A stretch of 64,000 nt of DNA from positions 310,848 to 374,847 of the forward strand of contig METB01000001.1 of assembly GCA_001771185.1 (NCBI GenBank), written 5' to 3'. Below, piece by piece: positions 8,860 through 20,094 of the stretch. The stretch comes from a candidate division Kazan bacterium RIFCSPHIGHO2_01_FULL_44_14. Its GTDB lineage: Bacteria > Patescibacteriota > Kazan-3B-28. Each line of letters opens with the position of its first letter. Position 1 is the first letter of the stretch. Made by a program: the position numbers and the translations under genes. The notes beneath the pieces were generated by a model that was not told the DNA's origin, did no database searches, and worked only from the letters and a program-made list of their open reading frames with translations.

Positions 8860-11800
8860 TTAAGGTGCGCCGGCTGGTTTATCGACACCCCATCCCCAGT
8901 TCCAGTTTAGGAACGAAAAGTCGAGCGAATCAACTTTAGTATCACCATTAAAATCGCCGAAAACCGGAGTGCGTGCAAACTCTAGATTAAAGACCGAGAA
9001 ATCGAGAGAGTCGATACGGTTATCGTGGGTTAGATTAATGTCACCAATCTTAGCAATTAACATTGTCAGATTGATTGGACTAACTGTAGAACCACCAAAA
9101 GTGGTGGCTACCGCCAAATGATTGGTGGCCTTCACCCAGACATCATAAATTTTATTAGTCGAAACCGAGATTTGTGGCAAACCAACAATTTGATTACTGC
9201 TATTAATTTTGAACCAGTTATTAATTAATGGGGTAGTGTCATTTTTGCCAATCACAATTACCAGCACCTTATTTTGAGTGAGGTAATCATAACGGTTGCC
9301 TTCGACTGGCGCGATGATATTCAGGGTCTTAGTTGTACCGCTTACTGGCTTCCTCTCAATCACCTCTCCATTAAGAGTGCCTGCGGTCGAAATTGTACCT
9401 ATACCCGCAATGAGCGCACTAGCATCAACCCTGGTCTGACCCTCGCCGTCGGCAACTTGAGTCCAATAGGTAGCAGTATCAGTTCCATTGGAACCAATTA
9501 GAAGTGTGGTTTTATTCAAGTTACCAAGACCAGTTAATATGAGTGTGACTATTTGGTTAGTACGAGGGGTATTGTCAGCGTTTTTTAAAGTTACCGTAAT
9601 CGTGGACCAATGTTGGCTACTGTTCAAATCAATGGTGGTCGGGTTGGCCTCAACTTTAAAAATCAAGTTATGAACAACCACTATTTTGACAATTGTAACA
9701 GTAGCCGAAATTGGCGCACCGCTTCGGCTGGTGCTACTGGCAGTAATCCGAACTTCAACGGCAAGATTATCGACTGTGTAGGTTGAGGTGGCAACACCAT
9801 TAGGGTCACTAGTTGTGTCTGTTGCCGGAGCAAGACCACCAGTAGTCAGATTCTTGGCAAAGTTTACTGTTACGTTGGGACGCCGAGTAATCACACCAGT
9901 AGTATTGTTTATCCAACCAACTACAGCAGTAAGATCGGAGGTCTGCTGGTTGTCTGGTACCAGTTGGGTTGGGTTGGCCTGGAGACCAATAAAGTCACTG
10001 TCGGCAACTTGAACCAGAAAATCGTGATCGCCCAACTTGGTGGCTATTTCCTCACTGTCACCCCCCACAATGGTATGGACGCTTACATCCCACCAACCCG
10101 GTGTGGCGTTGGCGGAAATAACAACCGTGGCTCGTAGGTTCTGGGTGCCATCAGGATTATTAGTTACACTCACAGTTGTGGCTGTCACCCCTTGGTTGTC
10201 GCCGATATCTGTATTTTCGTCATTCGGCTCGAAAATGACAGAAGAATGATTGGTCAACCAGTTGGTATTTTGGCCGACTAAGTCCACGATATATTGTTTG
10301 TTTCGCTCACCTCGGTCGGAAGTGATCGACGTAATATAGGCCAAATTGCTAGCCCCTTGAGGCAAAACTTCAAAATAACGAGGAGTGTAATCGGGAGTGG
10401 CTAACCATTCCAAAGCTTGGCCGTCTTGGACCACGCTAACTCGCCACATCCCCAAAGTCGCACTGGTGCCAATATCAATCGTAAACCGCAAATCATTACC
10501 AACCTTTTGAATATTTTCAACGGTAACCCCATTGTCCCTGAGCAGATACTTTTCGATCGAAACTCCATCACCCAAGAATTTATTACCAGGATTAATCGTG
10601 GCATATGCTATGGTCTCTTCAAAACCGGTTGGCTGGACTGCCGTAAACTCAGTCTGGGCTTGCCCATTGGCATCAGTATAGCGCGGATTTAAGACGGCAC
10701 TACCATTATCGGTAATGAAATTCACTAATTGGTCTGGAACTGGACTATCGTCACTCAAACTTAACCTAGCAGTCATTCTGATTGGGACAACCGGGGGCTG
10801 CAAATTGACGGTAACGGCCTCGGATGTGAGATCGAGATTATAAAACCGCAAAGTTGGGTCATTTTCAACAACCGCTATCTTGACCGGAGCAATGCCTTGG
10901 GCGCTGGCTTCGATATAAGTTACTCCAGCCGAGGTACCCGTCTGGTAACTCGTTGTAACCAAACCGTCTTTAGCAATCACCAAACTGTCCCGCAATTGTC
11001 CGTTGGTCATATGCCCTTGAACGACATCGCGAATTAATCGGAATGAAACCGGCAAATTGTCGGCTGGATTTCCGTTAGAATCAACTAGGTTCAAAACAAT
11101 CGGTTGAGGAGTTTGCCCATCGGCCTTGAGAGTTGTAACCCACGGTAATTTGTATGTAAATTGACCTTGAGTCGGTTCAAATTGAACTTCAGCATTGGCG
11201 TTGAGTGCAACACCAGCTCCCTGTAAGGTAACTTGCAAATCAGTGGAGCCCTGGACTCCGCTGACCGGGATAACATTAGTGAGATAGGGGATAAAGTGAA
11301 CTGTGACGGAATCGAGAGACAGCCCCGACCCCGCTCCCACTAACAGGTTAGCATCTCCGGATTGAGTTGATTTGATTGCCACCTTTGCGGTACCCTGGTC
11401 GTCAGATTGAATTGTAATTGAGGTGGCGGTTTGTTCGACAATTGGATAACCGGCTACCGCCTCAAAAATATCTTCGCGGGGAGCTTCACCCAATTTGACC
11501 GGCCCCTTAAAAATAGTGACTGGCAGATTCAACATTGGGGTGTCCTCGGCGCTAAACACCTGGGTCGAAATAATCCCACTATCTTGGCCGTCAGCATAAA
11601 CTGTATCATCTGGTAACACTATCGTTTCGGCTTTGCTTGGTTGATTAAATGCCCCGACAAATAGCGGACCGATATATTCAGCGGCTTTGAAAGTGGTAGG
11701 AGGAGTGCTAGAAACTTTACCATCATTAGCAACGGTATTAACCCACTTACCTGAACCGCCGGTCACATAGAGGGAAATAATTGTGCCAATTTTTTCGCCT

Positions 11801-14226
11801 TGCGAATTAAACTTATCAATTTTTACTCCAGCGCTAGCAGTAAACAACAAATTGGTGGACTGTGGCGAAGTGAACCGGAAATCGGCTCCAGACACAAATG
11901 GCCACATCCAACCTTGAATTGGTTCGTCTGGTTTGGGAGGATAAGCATCCTGATTTAAAACTCGAGTATAAGCCGTCGGCAAATCCTGCCAGTGAGACGG
12001 ATAGTGAAACTTCCCAAGTTGTTGGGTCGGCAATTTATATCCGCCAGCTACAATCGACTTTCCTTCGCTACCGTCTGGCAAACTGGCACCAACCGAATAA
12101 GAACCAAACCGGTAGTTGTCATTCAGCAACGCGCCGTCCGAACGCGCGTCGCTGATACTGGCCAAGCCGCCCGGTTCATCCAGTTGCCAACCAGCCGCCG
12201 ACACGGTAAATTTCTGTGACAAATTAGCGCTCAATGGAATTGGATTAGCGACATTGTACGGAGTCGCGTTATAAAGTCCACCGGACAAATAAATTTCAGT
12301 ATCAGAAGTGGAGGTAGCAGTCGGCATGAACAAACCACCACGAGCACCTTGAGAAGATTTTAACGGAATCGATTCAGCCCCAATCAACGAGGAACTAACC
12401 GTTGCCCAAGAGGTACCTCCAGAATGGGGTAGCAGTTTTAATGTCGAGTGGCCAACAAAATCATAACTGGGAGTCCCACTAACGGGATTATCGGCAGGAT
12501 GGCTAACGCCATCATCCAATACCCAAAACGGAGAGAGGGAAGTATTGGTCTCCGGACCAACACTACCAAAACTGGCTCCACCAAATATATAAATATGATA
12601 GCCAGGTGCACTGTCAGGCCCTTTGATTAAGACGATTTGGTGCCCATAGCGACCTTGGGCTACGGGCACGATATTCGTCACTGTATGAGCGGGAGCGGGT
12701 AGTATTATTTCTTTAAAATCAATAAATACTCGCAGTTGACCGATTTTAATCACTCGATTTGAAAGCCACTGATTAGCGTAGAGATAGGGATTTGTAGTCA
12801 GTTCACCAAACTCCCATGAGCTTGGGTTACTTGAAACGGTAGAAAAATTGAGTCGGATATGGGTCTCGACTGTGGTAACAAAAGCCCCACTTTTAACTTG
12901 GTCGAAATAAAGTTGAGAATAATCTGGACCAGCCGGAATGCTTCCGACTTGAGCCAGAACCGGTTTAGTTACCGACGACCAGCGTTGGACAAGTTTTTGA
13001 ACCCAACCGATAGTAGTGACCCCTTCAGGAGCAGTAGTGGTAGTACTACCCTCGGGTGTGACAGTGGTGTTAGTGTCTGGCGTAACAATAGTAGTGTCTG
13101 GTGAAACAATGGCTCCAGGATAACTGTCTCGGTCGTGCGGGTCATATCCCAGAAAAATCTCAATCCAGTCGGCCACCCCATCGCCGTCGCTATCAAGCGG
13201 ATCGTTTTTAATTTTGCCTAAGTATTCTGGCAAGCCGTAAAGATTGTTGGTCGAGCCAGTTGGATAATTGGTAATTGTACTGCCACTAGTTACCGGATCG
13301 GTCATGGTTAGCCCTCCGCCAGCAAAAAGATATAACGGATGATAGCCAACAATTGGTTTAGTCCCTAGGTTGTTGTCACCCCAAAAATCTGGGTCAAAAT
13401 TTGGGTCCATCAAATTACTCGGTCCAACCGGCGATAGAATCGGTTGACCATTAGCCAGACCACCAGGTGCCTGTTGCCACATATTGCCAAACACACCACC
13501 AGTGATGTGGATATACCCCCAATCAGCTGGATAAATCCCACCACCTTGCGGTCTCAAACTCGGACTATCTGTCACTAATACTTCTGGTAAATAATGGACA
13601 TCAGTGATTGAAGCCACCACTTCCCAATTATTTGGACTATGCAAATTAAGCCGTTCGATTGTGGAGTAAACCCCGCTTTCCACGCCCGAAACTGGTAATC
13701 CATTTTGATCAAGTATAATCGGGGCGATATGCATATCACCAACGATGGCATATAAGTAGTCCTGGTAACCATCCTTGTCGGTGTCCACCGCTACCAACCG
13801 ACCGGCGGCGCGAGGGGACTTCATTGAAGCAGAATACTGCCAATTACCACTGGCTGGTTGGCCGGATTCATCTAATTCCAAATATTCAACACTCGACAAG
13901 GCATTCCAAGTCCCACTAGTTTCGTTTAGTCCACCTACCACCCACAACCGTCTTTGGATAGTAGCCCCTGTCTTGACCTGGGCGTACACCATTGAATGAT
14001 GTTGCCGTGTAGTCGACATGGCTGGAACATTTTTCCAATTCAAATCATCCTGATAACCAGTCACTTCGGCCTTGGAGCCAAACAGTCGGAGGAGAAAATC
14101 CAGTTGAGAGAAAAATAGTACTGCAACGATGACGGCAGATACGCTAATGGCGCCGATAGCAAATCGGCGACGATTACCGGGGACGCCCAACCAGGTTGTG
14201 AACCGTTGCCACGGATATAGAGTCAT
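8860..14226 (-). CDS. Large surface protein: Kelch repeats, invasin/Big_1 Ig-like domains, C-terminal dockerin-like EF-hand pair
   Basis: N-terminal TM; LWVVGG/IYIFGG Kelch; ADGQ...TD.NG.A Big_1 motifs; DSDGDGVAD Ca-binding loop; GDIN..DNRIDSLDFS / GDFNGDTKVDSLDFS. Confidence 0.85.
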   Translation of the reverse strand: MTLYPWQRFTTWLGVPGNRRRFAIGAISVSAVIVAVLFFSQLDFLLRLFGSKAEVTGYQDDLNWKNVPAMSTTRQHHSMVYAQVKTGATIQRRLWVVGGLNETSGTWNALSSVEYLELDESGQPASGNWQYSASMKSPRAAGRLVAVDTDKDGYQDYLYAIVGDMHIAPIILDQNGLPVSGVESGVYSTIERLNLHSPNNWEVVASITDVHYLPEVLVTDSPSLRPQGGGIYPADWGYIHITGGVFGNMWQQAPGGLANGQPILSPVGPSNLMDPNFDPDFWGDNNLGTKPIVGYHPLYLFAGGGLTMTDPVTSGSTITNYPTGSTNNLYGLPEYLGKIKNDPLDSDGDGVADWIEIFLGYDPHDRDSYPGAIVSPDTTIVTPDTNTTVTPEGSTTTTAPEGVTTIGWVQKLVQRWSSVTKPVLAQVGSIPAGPDYSQLYFDQVKSGAFVTTVETHIRLNFSTVSSNPSSWEFGELTTNPYLYANQWLSNRVIKIGQLRVFIDFKEIILPAPAHTVTNIVPVAQGRYGHQIVLIKGPDSAPGYHIYIFGGASFGSVGPETNTSLSPFWVLDDGVSHPADNPVSGTPSYDFVGHSTLKLLPHSGGTSWATVSSSLIGAESIPLKSSQGARGGLFMPTATSTSDTEIYLSGGLYNATPYNVANPIPLSANLSQKFTVSAAGWQLDEPGGLASISDARSDGALLNDNYRFGSYSVGASLPDGSEGKSIVAGGYKLPTQQLGKFHYPSHWQDLPTAYTRVLNQDAYPPKPDEPIQGWMWPFVSGADFRFTSPQSTNLLFTASAGVKIDKFNSQGEKIGTIISLYVTGGSGKWVNTVANDGKVSSTPPTTFKAAEYIGPLFVGAFNQPSKAETIVLPDDTVYADGQDSGIISTQVFSAEDTPMLNLPVTIFKGPVKLGEAPREDIFEAVAGYPIVEQTATSITIQSDDQGTAKVAIKSTQSGDANLLVGAGSGLSLDSVTVHFIPYLTNVIPVSGVQGSTDLQVTLQGAGVALNANAEVQFEPTQGQFTYKLPWVTTLKADGQTPQPIVLNLVDSNGNPADNLPVSFRLIRDVVQGHMTNGQLRDSLVIAKDGLVTTSYQTGTSAGVTYIEASAQGIAPVKIAVVENDPTLRFYNLDLTSEAVTVNLQPPVVPIRMTARLSLSDDSPVPDQLVNFITDNGSAVLNPRYTDANGQAQTEFTAVQPTGFEETIAYATINPGNKFLGDGVSIEKYLLRDNGVTVENIQKVGNDLRFTIDIGTSATLGMWRVSVVQDGQALEWLATPDYTPRYFEVLPQGASNLAYITSITSDRGERNKQYIVDLVGQNTNWLTNHSSVIFEPNDENTDIGDNQGVTATTVSVTNNPDGTQNLRATVVISANATPGWWDVSVHTIVGGDSEEIATKLGDHDFLVQVADSDFIGLQANPTQLVPDNQQTSDLTAVVGWINNTTGVITRRPNVTVNFAKNLTTGGLAPATDTTSDPNGVATSTYTVDNLAVEVRITASSTSRSGAPISATVTIVKIVVVHNLIFKVEANPTTIDLNSSQHWSTITVTLKNADNTPRTNQIVTLILTGLGNLNKTTLLIGSNGTDTATYWTQVADGEGQTRVDASALIAGIGTISTAGTLNGEVIERKPVSGTTKTLNIIAPVEGNRYDYLTQNKVLVIVIGKNDTTPLINNWFKINSSNQIVGLPQISVSTNKIYDVWVKATNHLAVATTFGGSTVSPINLTMLIAKIGDINLTHDNRIDSLDFSVFNLEFARTPVFGDFNGDTKVDSLDFSFLNWNWGWGVDKPAGAP

Positions 14227-14271
14227 TTTGTTTTTCTTTACTCCTATGAGAAACCTCCGAACGATTATTTC

Positions 14272-14300
14272 ATTATACTATAATTGTCCCAAAAAGTCAA
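14272..14300 (-). promoter_or_regulatory. Sigma70-type promoter for the surface-protein operon
   Basis: TTGACT-17-TATAAT on minus strand. Confidence 0.75.
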
Positions 14301-14316
14301 GCCCTAAGTCAAGGAC

Positions 14317-15354
14317 CTATTCTATCCCCAGGTCTTCTAAGGATGAACCCCCAGTTAAGTCACCGGAACCATCCTCGTCTCGGCCGGCCAGATAATAGCC
14401 GGTAATGGCTTCCTGGATGTAATCTTCGTCCGCAACGGTAAAGGCCAACGGAGTATCAAACTGGGCGGTTAATCCGCCGGTGTTTTCGGGTGAAGGGTCG
14501 GCAATCGCTACGGTAATCGCTTCAGCTGAACGAGCAATCGGAATTGCCGTGAACTTAGTGGCGATTTCGTACGGCATCGTTCTCACCACGGCTGGATCGA
14601 TTTCATAACGAGACAAATCAAGCGATGGAACATGATACTGGCTACCCAAAGCTCGCACCAAATCTTCACGAGAAATAAGTTGTTTGTTCAACAAAACTCG
14701 TCCCAACCGCTGACCAGTTTGGTGCTGTTCCTGGAGAGCCAAATTCAAATCGCCCGGAGCGATGATATTTTGATTGACCAAAATTTCACCAAGCCGTTGG
14801 ACTGGTCGAGCTGAATGGGGTCCGGATTCTTCAGCTAATGGAACTCGACTGCGTTCGCTATAACTGGTAATTAAATCGGCGATATCTCTAGCACCGGGAA
14901 TCGACCGCAATTCAAAGAAGCCCTCCTTGCCAGCGGACTGAACCGTGATGTTGCCGAACCGAAAAATTGAAGATAACACTCCCTGCATTGTTACCCTAAC
15001 ATCTTGAACTTGGTCCATATTCATTTGCGATACTCGACGATTGAACAAACTAATCAATTGGATATCGATTAGCCGCTCTGGCAAAATAATCCAAACATCC
15101 ATATACCAGAAAATCCACTGCATCATAAAAAAATTGACAACGAACAGCACATACAGTCCACCAAATAGCCAAAGACCAATCTCAACCTCCGATTGGTCTG
15201 CGAATCCCAATGCGTTGATGGCGATTAAAAATATCAGCAAGGGCACCAGCATCAACACCGACCAGCCCAATGGGACTAATAAGTCCACACTATGACGGCG
15301 AAGGGTGAGCGGGGGGGCGGCGTGTGATTGATGGTTGGGGATTTGTTCAATCAT
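14317..15354 (-). CDS. Membrane protein: bacterial PH (bPH_2-like) domain fused to MshEN/GspE N-terminal domain
   Basis: 2 TM, W....W.I...R.IDI....F.R....VQDV...G....F.FG.I.VQSAG; RLGEILV...L..AL.EQ..RLG..L tandem motif; no ATPase domain. Confidence 0.8.
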   Translation of the reverse strand: MIEQIPNHQSHAAPPLTLRRHSVDLLVPLGWSVLMLVPLLIFLIAINALGFADQSEVEIGLWLFGGLYVLFVVNFFMMQWIFWYMDVWIILPERLIDIQLISLFNRRVSQMNMDQVQDVRVTMQGVLSSIFRFGNITVQSAGKEGFFELRSIPGARDIADLITSYSERSRVPLAEESGPHSARPVQRLGEILVNQNIIAPGDLNLALQEQHQTGQRLGRVLLNKQLISREDLVRALGSQYHVPSLDLSRYEIDPAVVRTMPYEIATKFTAIPIARSAEAITVAIADPSPENTGGLTAQFDTPLAFTVADEDYIQEAITGYYLAGRDEDGSGDLTGGSSLEDLGIE

Positions 15355-15545
15355 AGTTGAGAAGCAATAATTGCCGCCGAGATTGAACCAATAATAACGC
15401 CCAGTGCGACCAGCAAATAAACACTCATTGCGAGATAGGCGTTATCATTCGGCAACCGAAATCGGAAAATATGAAAAATATTGATGGCGGCATAACCCGC
15501 CCCAAATAACAGAAGCACCGCATAGATAATTATCATGGTTGTCAT
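15351..15545 (-). CDS. Small two-TM hypothetical protein
   Basis: 64 aa, translationally coupled to both neighbours. Confidence 0.65.
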   Translation of the reverse strand: MTTMIIIYAVLLLFGAGYAAINIFHIFRFRLPNDNAYLAMSVYLLVALGVIIGSISAAIIASQL

Positions 15546-16558
15546 GAAACAAAAAGTTTTGGTTTATAACTGGCCAATCTAAGATGGTCATAGGTCTTGT
15601 CGGTGGCTATCCGTCCCTGGGCAGTTCTCTGCAAAAAACCCTCCTGAATTAAATATGGTTCATAGACATCTTCAATGGTCTGACGCTCCTCGGAGATAGC
15701 GGCGGCCAACGAACTTAACCCGGCCGGACCACCCTTAAATTGAGTCACCAGCGTCCGAAGGATTTTGCGGTCAACTTCATCAAGACCTAATTTGTCGATT
15801 GTGAGCAAATTTAAGGTGTCTTGAACCACAACCGAATTAATCACCCCGCTATTTTTAACTAGGGCATAATCACGCACCCGTTTCAAAATCCGATTGGCCG
15901 TCCGAGGGGTACGGCGAGAGGACCGAGCGATTAGTTCGGCTTCTGGCTTGGGAAGGTCAACTTGTAAAATTCGGGCTGAACGCCGAAGAATTTTTTCAAT
16001 ATCCTCAACTTCATAAAAATCCAACCGATAAGTAGCGCCGAACCGATCTCGCAGGGGAGAGGAAAGTAAACCAACCCGAGTAGTGGCACCAATCAGTGTA
16101 AATTTCGGCAAATCCAATTTCAGCGAACGAGCCGAGGGACCTTTGCCAACAATAATGTCTAGACAATAGTCCTCCATCGCCGAATACAACACTTCCTCTA
16201 CTGGTCGACCGAGCCGATGGATTTCATCAATAAATAAAATATCGTTGTCTTGGAGATTGGTAAGAATGGCGGCCACATCACCAGCTCGCTCAATTGCCGG
16301 ACCAGAGGTGGCTCTAAGTCCCACTCCCATTTCGTGGGCGATGATATGAGCTAGAGTGGTCTTACCTAACCCCGGCGGACCGAATAGCAAGACATGGTCT
16401 AACGGCTCACCTCGTTGTTTCGCGGCTTGAATAGCAATCGTTAAACCGGCCTTGGCATTGTTTTGGCCAACATAGCCGGCAAAATCGTGCGGACGCAGGT
16501 GGGTGTCTAGTTCGTTATCTTCCCCTTCCGCCCTTGGATCAATAATTCTTGAGTTCAT
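15542..16558 (-). CDS. ruvB: Holliday junction branch migration helicase RuvB
   Basis: LRP...[35 protein letters not shown]. Confidence 0.98.
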   Translation of the reverse strand: MNSRIIDPRAEGEDNELDTHLRPHDFAGYVGQNNAKAGLTIAIQAAKQRGEPLDHVLLFGPPGLGKTTLAHIIAHEMGVGLRATSGPAIERAGDVAAILTNLQDNDILFIDEIHRLGRPVEEVLYSAMEDYCLDIIVGKGPSARSLKLDLPKFTLIGATTRVGLLSSPLRDRFGATYRLDFYEVEDIEKILRRSARILQVDLPKPEAELIARSSRRTPRTANRILKRVRDYALVKNSGVINSVVVQDTLNLLTIDKLGLDEVDRKILRTLVTQFKGGPAGLSSLAAAISEERQTIEDVYEPYLIQEGFLQRTAQGRIATDKTYDHLRLASYKPKLFVS

Positions 16559-16560
16559 GG

Positions 16561-17049
16561 CTACATTATAGCCCGAAAGGCAGTCAGCCCACCTAAACTA
16601 ACTAGAGCCACTATTGTAGTCGCAATGGCCGAGCCCAATAGAATAAAGATAACTGCTCGCCAATATTTAATTCCGAAGAGATGAGCCACTAGAGTCCCCG
16701 TCCAAGTCCCACCGATAAACGGCAAGGGGATAGAGACGATTAACATTAAAGCTAAACTGCCCCAGCGGTCAAAGTCAGCGGAATGTTGGCGGTGAGTTTT
16801 GGTGAACAGCCATTCAACAAACCGACTAATTGAGGGATGCCATGACCGAACCCAATTGGTGAGGGGAGTGAGCAACCAAAGCAACAGTGACACTGAAATA
16901 AAATTGCCGACCAAACTCGCCACCAGTGCAGGCACTAACGGTAAATGATAAGCCAAGGCCAATGGCATAGTACCGTGTTCCAATACCGGCAACATCCCAG
17001 CCACGCTGATAGCCAAGTACGGGCTGAATTGAGTAAGCGTCTCTAACAA
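16561..17049 (-). CDS. Small multidrug export family membrane protein
   Basis: LP.LE, GN, VSIPLP..GG.WTG motif; start uncertain. Confidence 0.75.
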   Translation of the reverse strand: MLETLTQFSPYLAISVAGMLPVLEHGTMPLALAYHLPLVPALVASLVGNFISVSLLLWLLTPLTNWVRSWHPSISRFVEWLFTKTHRQHSADFDRWGSLALMLIVSIPLPFIGGTWTGTLVAHLFGIKYWRAVIFILLGSAIATTIVALVSLGGLTAFRAIM

Positions 17050-17050
17050 A

Positions 17051-17860
17051 TTATTTGAGCCAACTAAAAATTAATAATCCGATACCGACCGCGATCCGAT
17101 ACCAAGCGAAGATGTTTAACGGATGTTTGTTTAAAAACTTCAATAGCCAGTGAATTGCCAATAACCCCGAAATGAATGAGGCAGTAAATCCAATAACTAA
17201 TTCCAAACCAAGGTCGTTGGCCACTCCACCATCCAAAATCTGCCAAAGTGAATAGAAACCAGCCATAGCGATAATCGGTCCAGCGGCTAGAAACGAATAC
17301 CGCGCGGCGGCTTCGCGCGAAAGTCCATGGTACATTCCAGTAATAATCGTTGCTCCCGAACGAGAAATGCCGGGGATAATCGCCACCGCTTGGGCCAGAC
17401 CAATGCTTAATGCATCAAAAAAATTCAGTTTACCGATATCCCGCTTCGGACGAGTATATCGTTCGGCGGCAAAAAATAAGAGACCCACTAAAATCATCAG
17501 AATAGCGATGTCGTGGAAATGGCGGACAGTAGTTTCAATTGAATTGGCAAATAATAGACCAGCTCCGATGGCCGGGATGGTGGTGATGGCGATTAATCCA
17601 GCTAGTTTGCGTGACTGGCGAATTTCATAAGATTGTTTTTGGGTAGTTAGAGACATCACCATCTTGAGCCAGTCCCGCCGAAAATAAATTAGCACAGCTG
17701 CTAGTGTGGCAAGATGAAGCACGGCGTCAAAGGCCAGCCCTTGGTCGGCCCAATTAAACACCTGGCGGACGACCACCAGGTGGCCCGACGAACTAACCGG
17801 GATAAATTCGGTTAGCCCCTGGATTAACCCCAAAATGCCGGCTTGGAAATATTGACTCAT
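17051..17860 (-). CDS. uppP: Undecaprenyl-diphosphate phosphatase
   Basis: QGLTEFIPVSSSGH, PGISRSGATI, FAWYR. Confidence 0.96.
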   Translation of the reverse strand: MSQYFQAGILGLIQGLTEFIPVSSSGHLVVVRQVFNWADQGLAFDAVLHLATLAAVLIYFRRDWLKMVMSLTTQKQSYEIRQSRKLAGLIAITTIPAIGAGLLFANSIETTVRHFHDIAILMILVGLLFFAAERYTRPKRDIGKLNFFDALSIGLAQAVAIIPGISRSGATIITGMYHGLSREAAARYSFLAAGPIIAMAGFYSLWQILDGGVANDLGLELVIGFTASFISGLLAIHWLLKFLNKHPLNIFAWYRIAVGIGLLIFSWLK

Positions 17861-17865
17861 CGCTC

Positions 17866-20094
17866 CTATTGTACCGTAATCGTCCAACCAAACATCGGAC
17901 CAAACCAAGTCACATGTTCGGCTACAAACCGAAATTCTTCTTGATACGAACCGGGCTGACTGGGTGCTCGGACCATGAAGCTTAGAGTCAACTGTCCTCC
18001 AGGCGGAACTTTGACTCCAGCATTAATAATCCGATTGTTACTGATCCACGATAAGTATCGGAAGGGGCTGACTCGATCAAGCGGAGTAGCCGTTCCAATT
18101 CGAACTTCGCCCAACCGCTGGGTCCCAGCTCCTTGGGCCTGCCAAGTGGTTTGACCAAGATTAACCACCGTCACCGACAGTTGAGCGGTATCACCAGGAC
18201 GAAGCGTAACCGAACCGCTTTGATTAACAATAGTCAATTGATAATCGACTGGGTTACTGCTAACCGAGTTGAGATCGGTTTGGGTGGTCAGCCCATTAAC
18301 CGGCTCAACCGAAATGTCCCAATAAATTCCTAGATCATTTAACCAACTAGCATATTCAACTACCGGCCGAAAATATTCCCGATGGTGACCGACCTGGCTC
18401 GCTTTGATCGGAAAAGTGAACCGAACGGTCCCTCCGGGCAGAACTACATTGGGAGCCATGTAAGTAACTCGATTGGCTGACAGCCAGTCATCAGTTGTAA
18501 ATGAACTGATTCGATCCAATGGCCGATCAGTACCCAATTTGATGATGCCGTGTCCGTCCAAACTGGCTTGCGGGTCGCTGATCCACATCACATTGCCAGT
18601 ATTTTTTACTTCCACCCATAAATCTTGAGTCGCTCCCAAGACCAACCTGGGATAAGGACTCTGCCCAACCCATTTCATGGCATAAGTCGTTTTTGACGGA
18701 GCAGTAAATTGGATCGGAGCTTTGACGGTTAACGATGAATGAGTGGTATTGTTGGTGAAAGTTAATTCTCTGGATCCGGGGACAGTTGATGCAACTCGAA
18801 AAGAAATTTGACCCAATAGATTTGATTGGCCGAGTGACATTGTGCCAGTAGCCGATACGGGTTGTCCATTAATAAGAACATTAGAACCGTTGGCTCGGAC
18901 TAAGATTTCTTGGTTGGGCTTGGCATGCCCTACATCATCCCGCACCGTGACGGTGACAGTAGCAAAGTTCACTCCATCTGCCACTACCACACCGTTAGCG
19001 ATCGAAACATCTCCGCGTTCAGTTACCGAGTTAACCGCTAATAATTTGGGGATATTTAAAATACCAGCCCCGAAGGTGGTTTGACTACCGCTATTGATCA
19101 CATCACTACTGCCTTTGAGTGCACTTTCTAACACACTGGGGGATAGTCCGGAAAAGCGACCCAACATCAAGGCGGCAGCAGCGGTGACTTGAGCAGTAGC
19201 GAACGAAGTTCCGTCACCAATCATATAATCGCCGGTGGGGCCATTCACCAAACCAGCCATGGTGATGTCAGTCCCTGGCGCTGACAGATCGATACCTTCA
19301 CCCACACTTGCAAATGGCGGATGTTGGTCGTGAGCATCGACCGCAGTGACGGCGATGACATTAGGATAGGCGGCCGGGAAATAAACGGGTTTACCGCTCC
19401 GATTACCGACTGCGGCGATCATCGGAACTCCGCGATTGACCGAATAATTAACTGCGCTCGATAAAATTGCGCTGTCGCTAGCCGAACCAAAACTCATATT
19501 AATAATCGAAGCGCCATTGTCGACAGCATACCGAATGGCTTGGGCGATATCCTGAAAATCGCCGCCGCCATTATCATCAAGCGCCTTTAATATCATCAAC
19601 CTGGCGTTCCAATCAATCCCAGCAATTCCGGTACTATTATTGGTCTTGGCAGCAATGATACTAGCGATCCCGGTACCATGACCATTAGCATCAATGATGT
19701 TGTTGGTATCATTGAAAAAATTGTAGCCGTAGTAATCATCAGCATAGCCGTTGCCGTCATCGTCCTTGTTATTATTAGGAGTTTCACGTTGATTCACCCA
19801 CAACTTCCCAGCCAATTCAGGGTGGCTCAAATCAATTCCGGTATCGATCACTGCGATCACCAAATTGGTACCTTGGGTAATGTCCCAGGCGGCAGGAGCC
19901 CCAATTCGTTGAAGATACCACTGCTTGGAATAAAGTGGGTCGTTGGGCAACGACTGGATTGTCAACTGATGCTCGCTGACTGATTGGGTAATCCATCCGG
20001 CAATATGGATCGGCAAATCGGATTGGGCTAATACTGGCGAGACCCAACTTAGCGACAAAATAGTACTAAAGACAACTACGAGGAATTTACGCAT
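17866..20094 (-). CDS. Secreted S8 (subtilisin-like) peptidase with Big_1 and two NBR1-like Ig domains
   Basis: VIDTG, HGT, GTSFA catalytic triad; C-terminal repeats N.G...W...GT..P.DR.S...W.S.NR. Confidence 0.9.
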   Translation of the reverse strand: MRKFLVVVFSTILSLSWVSPVLAQSDLPIHIAGWITQSVSEHQLTIQSLPNDPLYSKQWYLQRIGAPAAWDITQGTNLVIAVIDTGIDLSHPELAGKLWVNQRETPNNNKDDDGNGYADDYYGYNFFNDTNNIIDANGHGTGIASIIAAKTNNSTGIAGIDWNARLMILKALDDNGGGDFQDIAQAIRYAVDNGASIINMSFGSASDSAILSSAVNYSVNRGVPMIAAVGNRSGKPVYFPAAYPNVIAVTAVDAHDQHPPFASVGEGIDLSAPGTDITMAGLVNGPTGDYMIGDGTSFATAQVTAAAALMLGRFSGLSPSVLESALKGSSDVINSGSQTTFGAGILNIPKLLAVNSVTERGDVSIANGVVVADGVNFATVTVTVRDDVGHAKPNQEILVRANGSNVLINGQPVSATGTMSLGQSNLLGQISFRVASTVPGSRELTFTNNTTHSSLTVKAPIQFTAPSKTTYAMKWVGQSPYPRLVLGATQDLWVEVKNTGNVMWISDPQASLDGHGIIKLGTDRPLDRISSFTTDDWLSANRVTYMAPNVVLPGGTVRFTFPIKASQVGHHREYFRPVVEYASWLNDLGIYWDISVEPVNGLTTQTDLNSVSSNPVDYQLTIVNQSGSVTLRPGDTAQLSVTVVNLGQTTWQAQGAGTQRLGEVRIGTATPLDRVSPFRYLSWISNNRIINAGVKVPPGGQLTLSFMVRAPSQPGSYQEEFRFVAEHVTWFGPMFGWTITVQ

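Noticed and set aside
15542-16558. TGA recoding (code 25/4)
   Set aside because: Conserved genes such as ruvB, alaS and ruvC end at TGA at expected lengths, and long ORFs are intact under code 11
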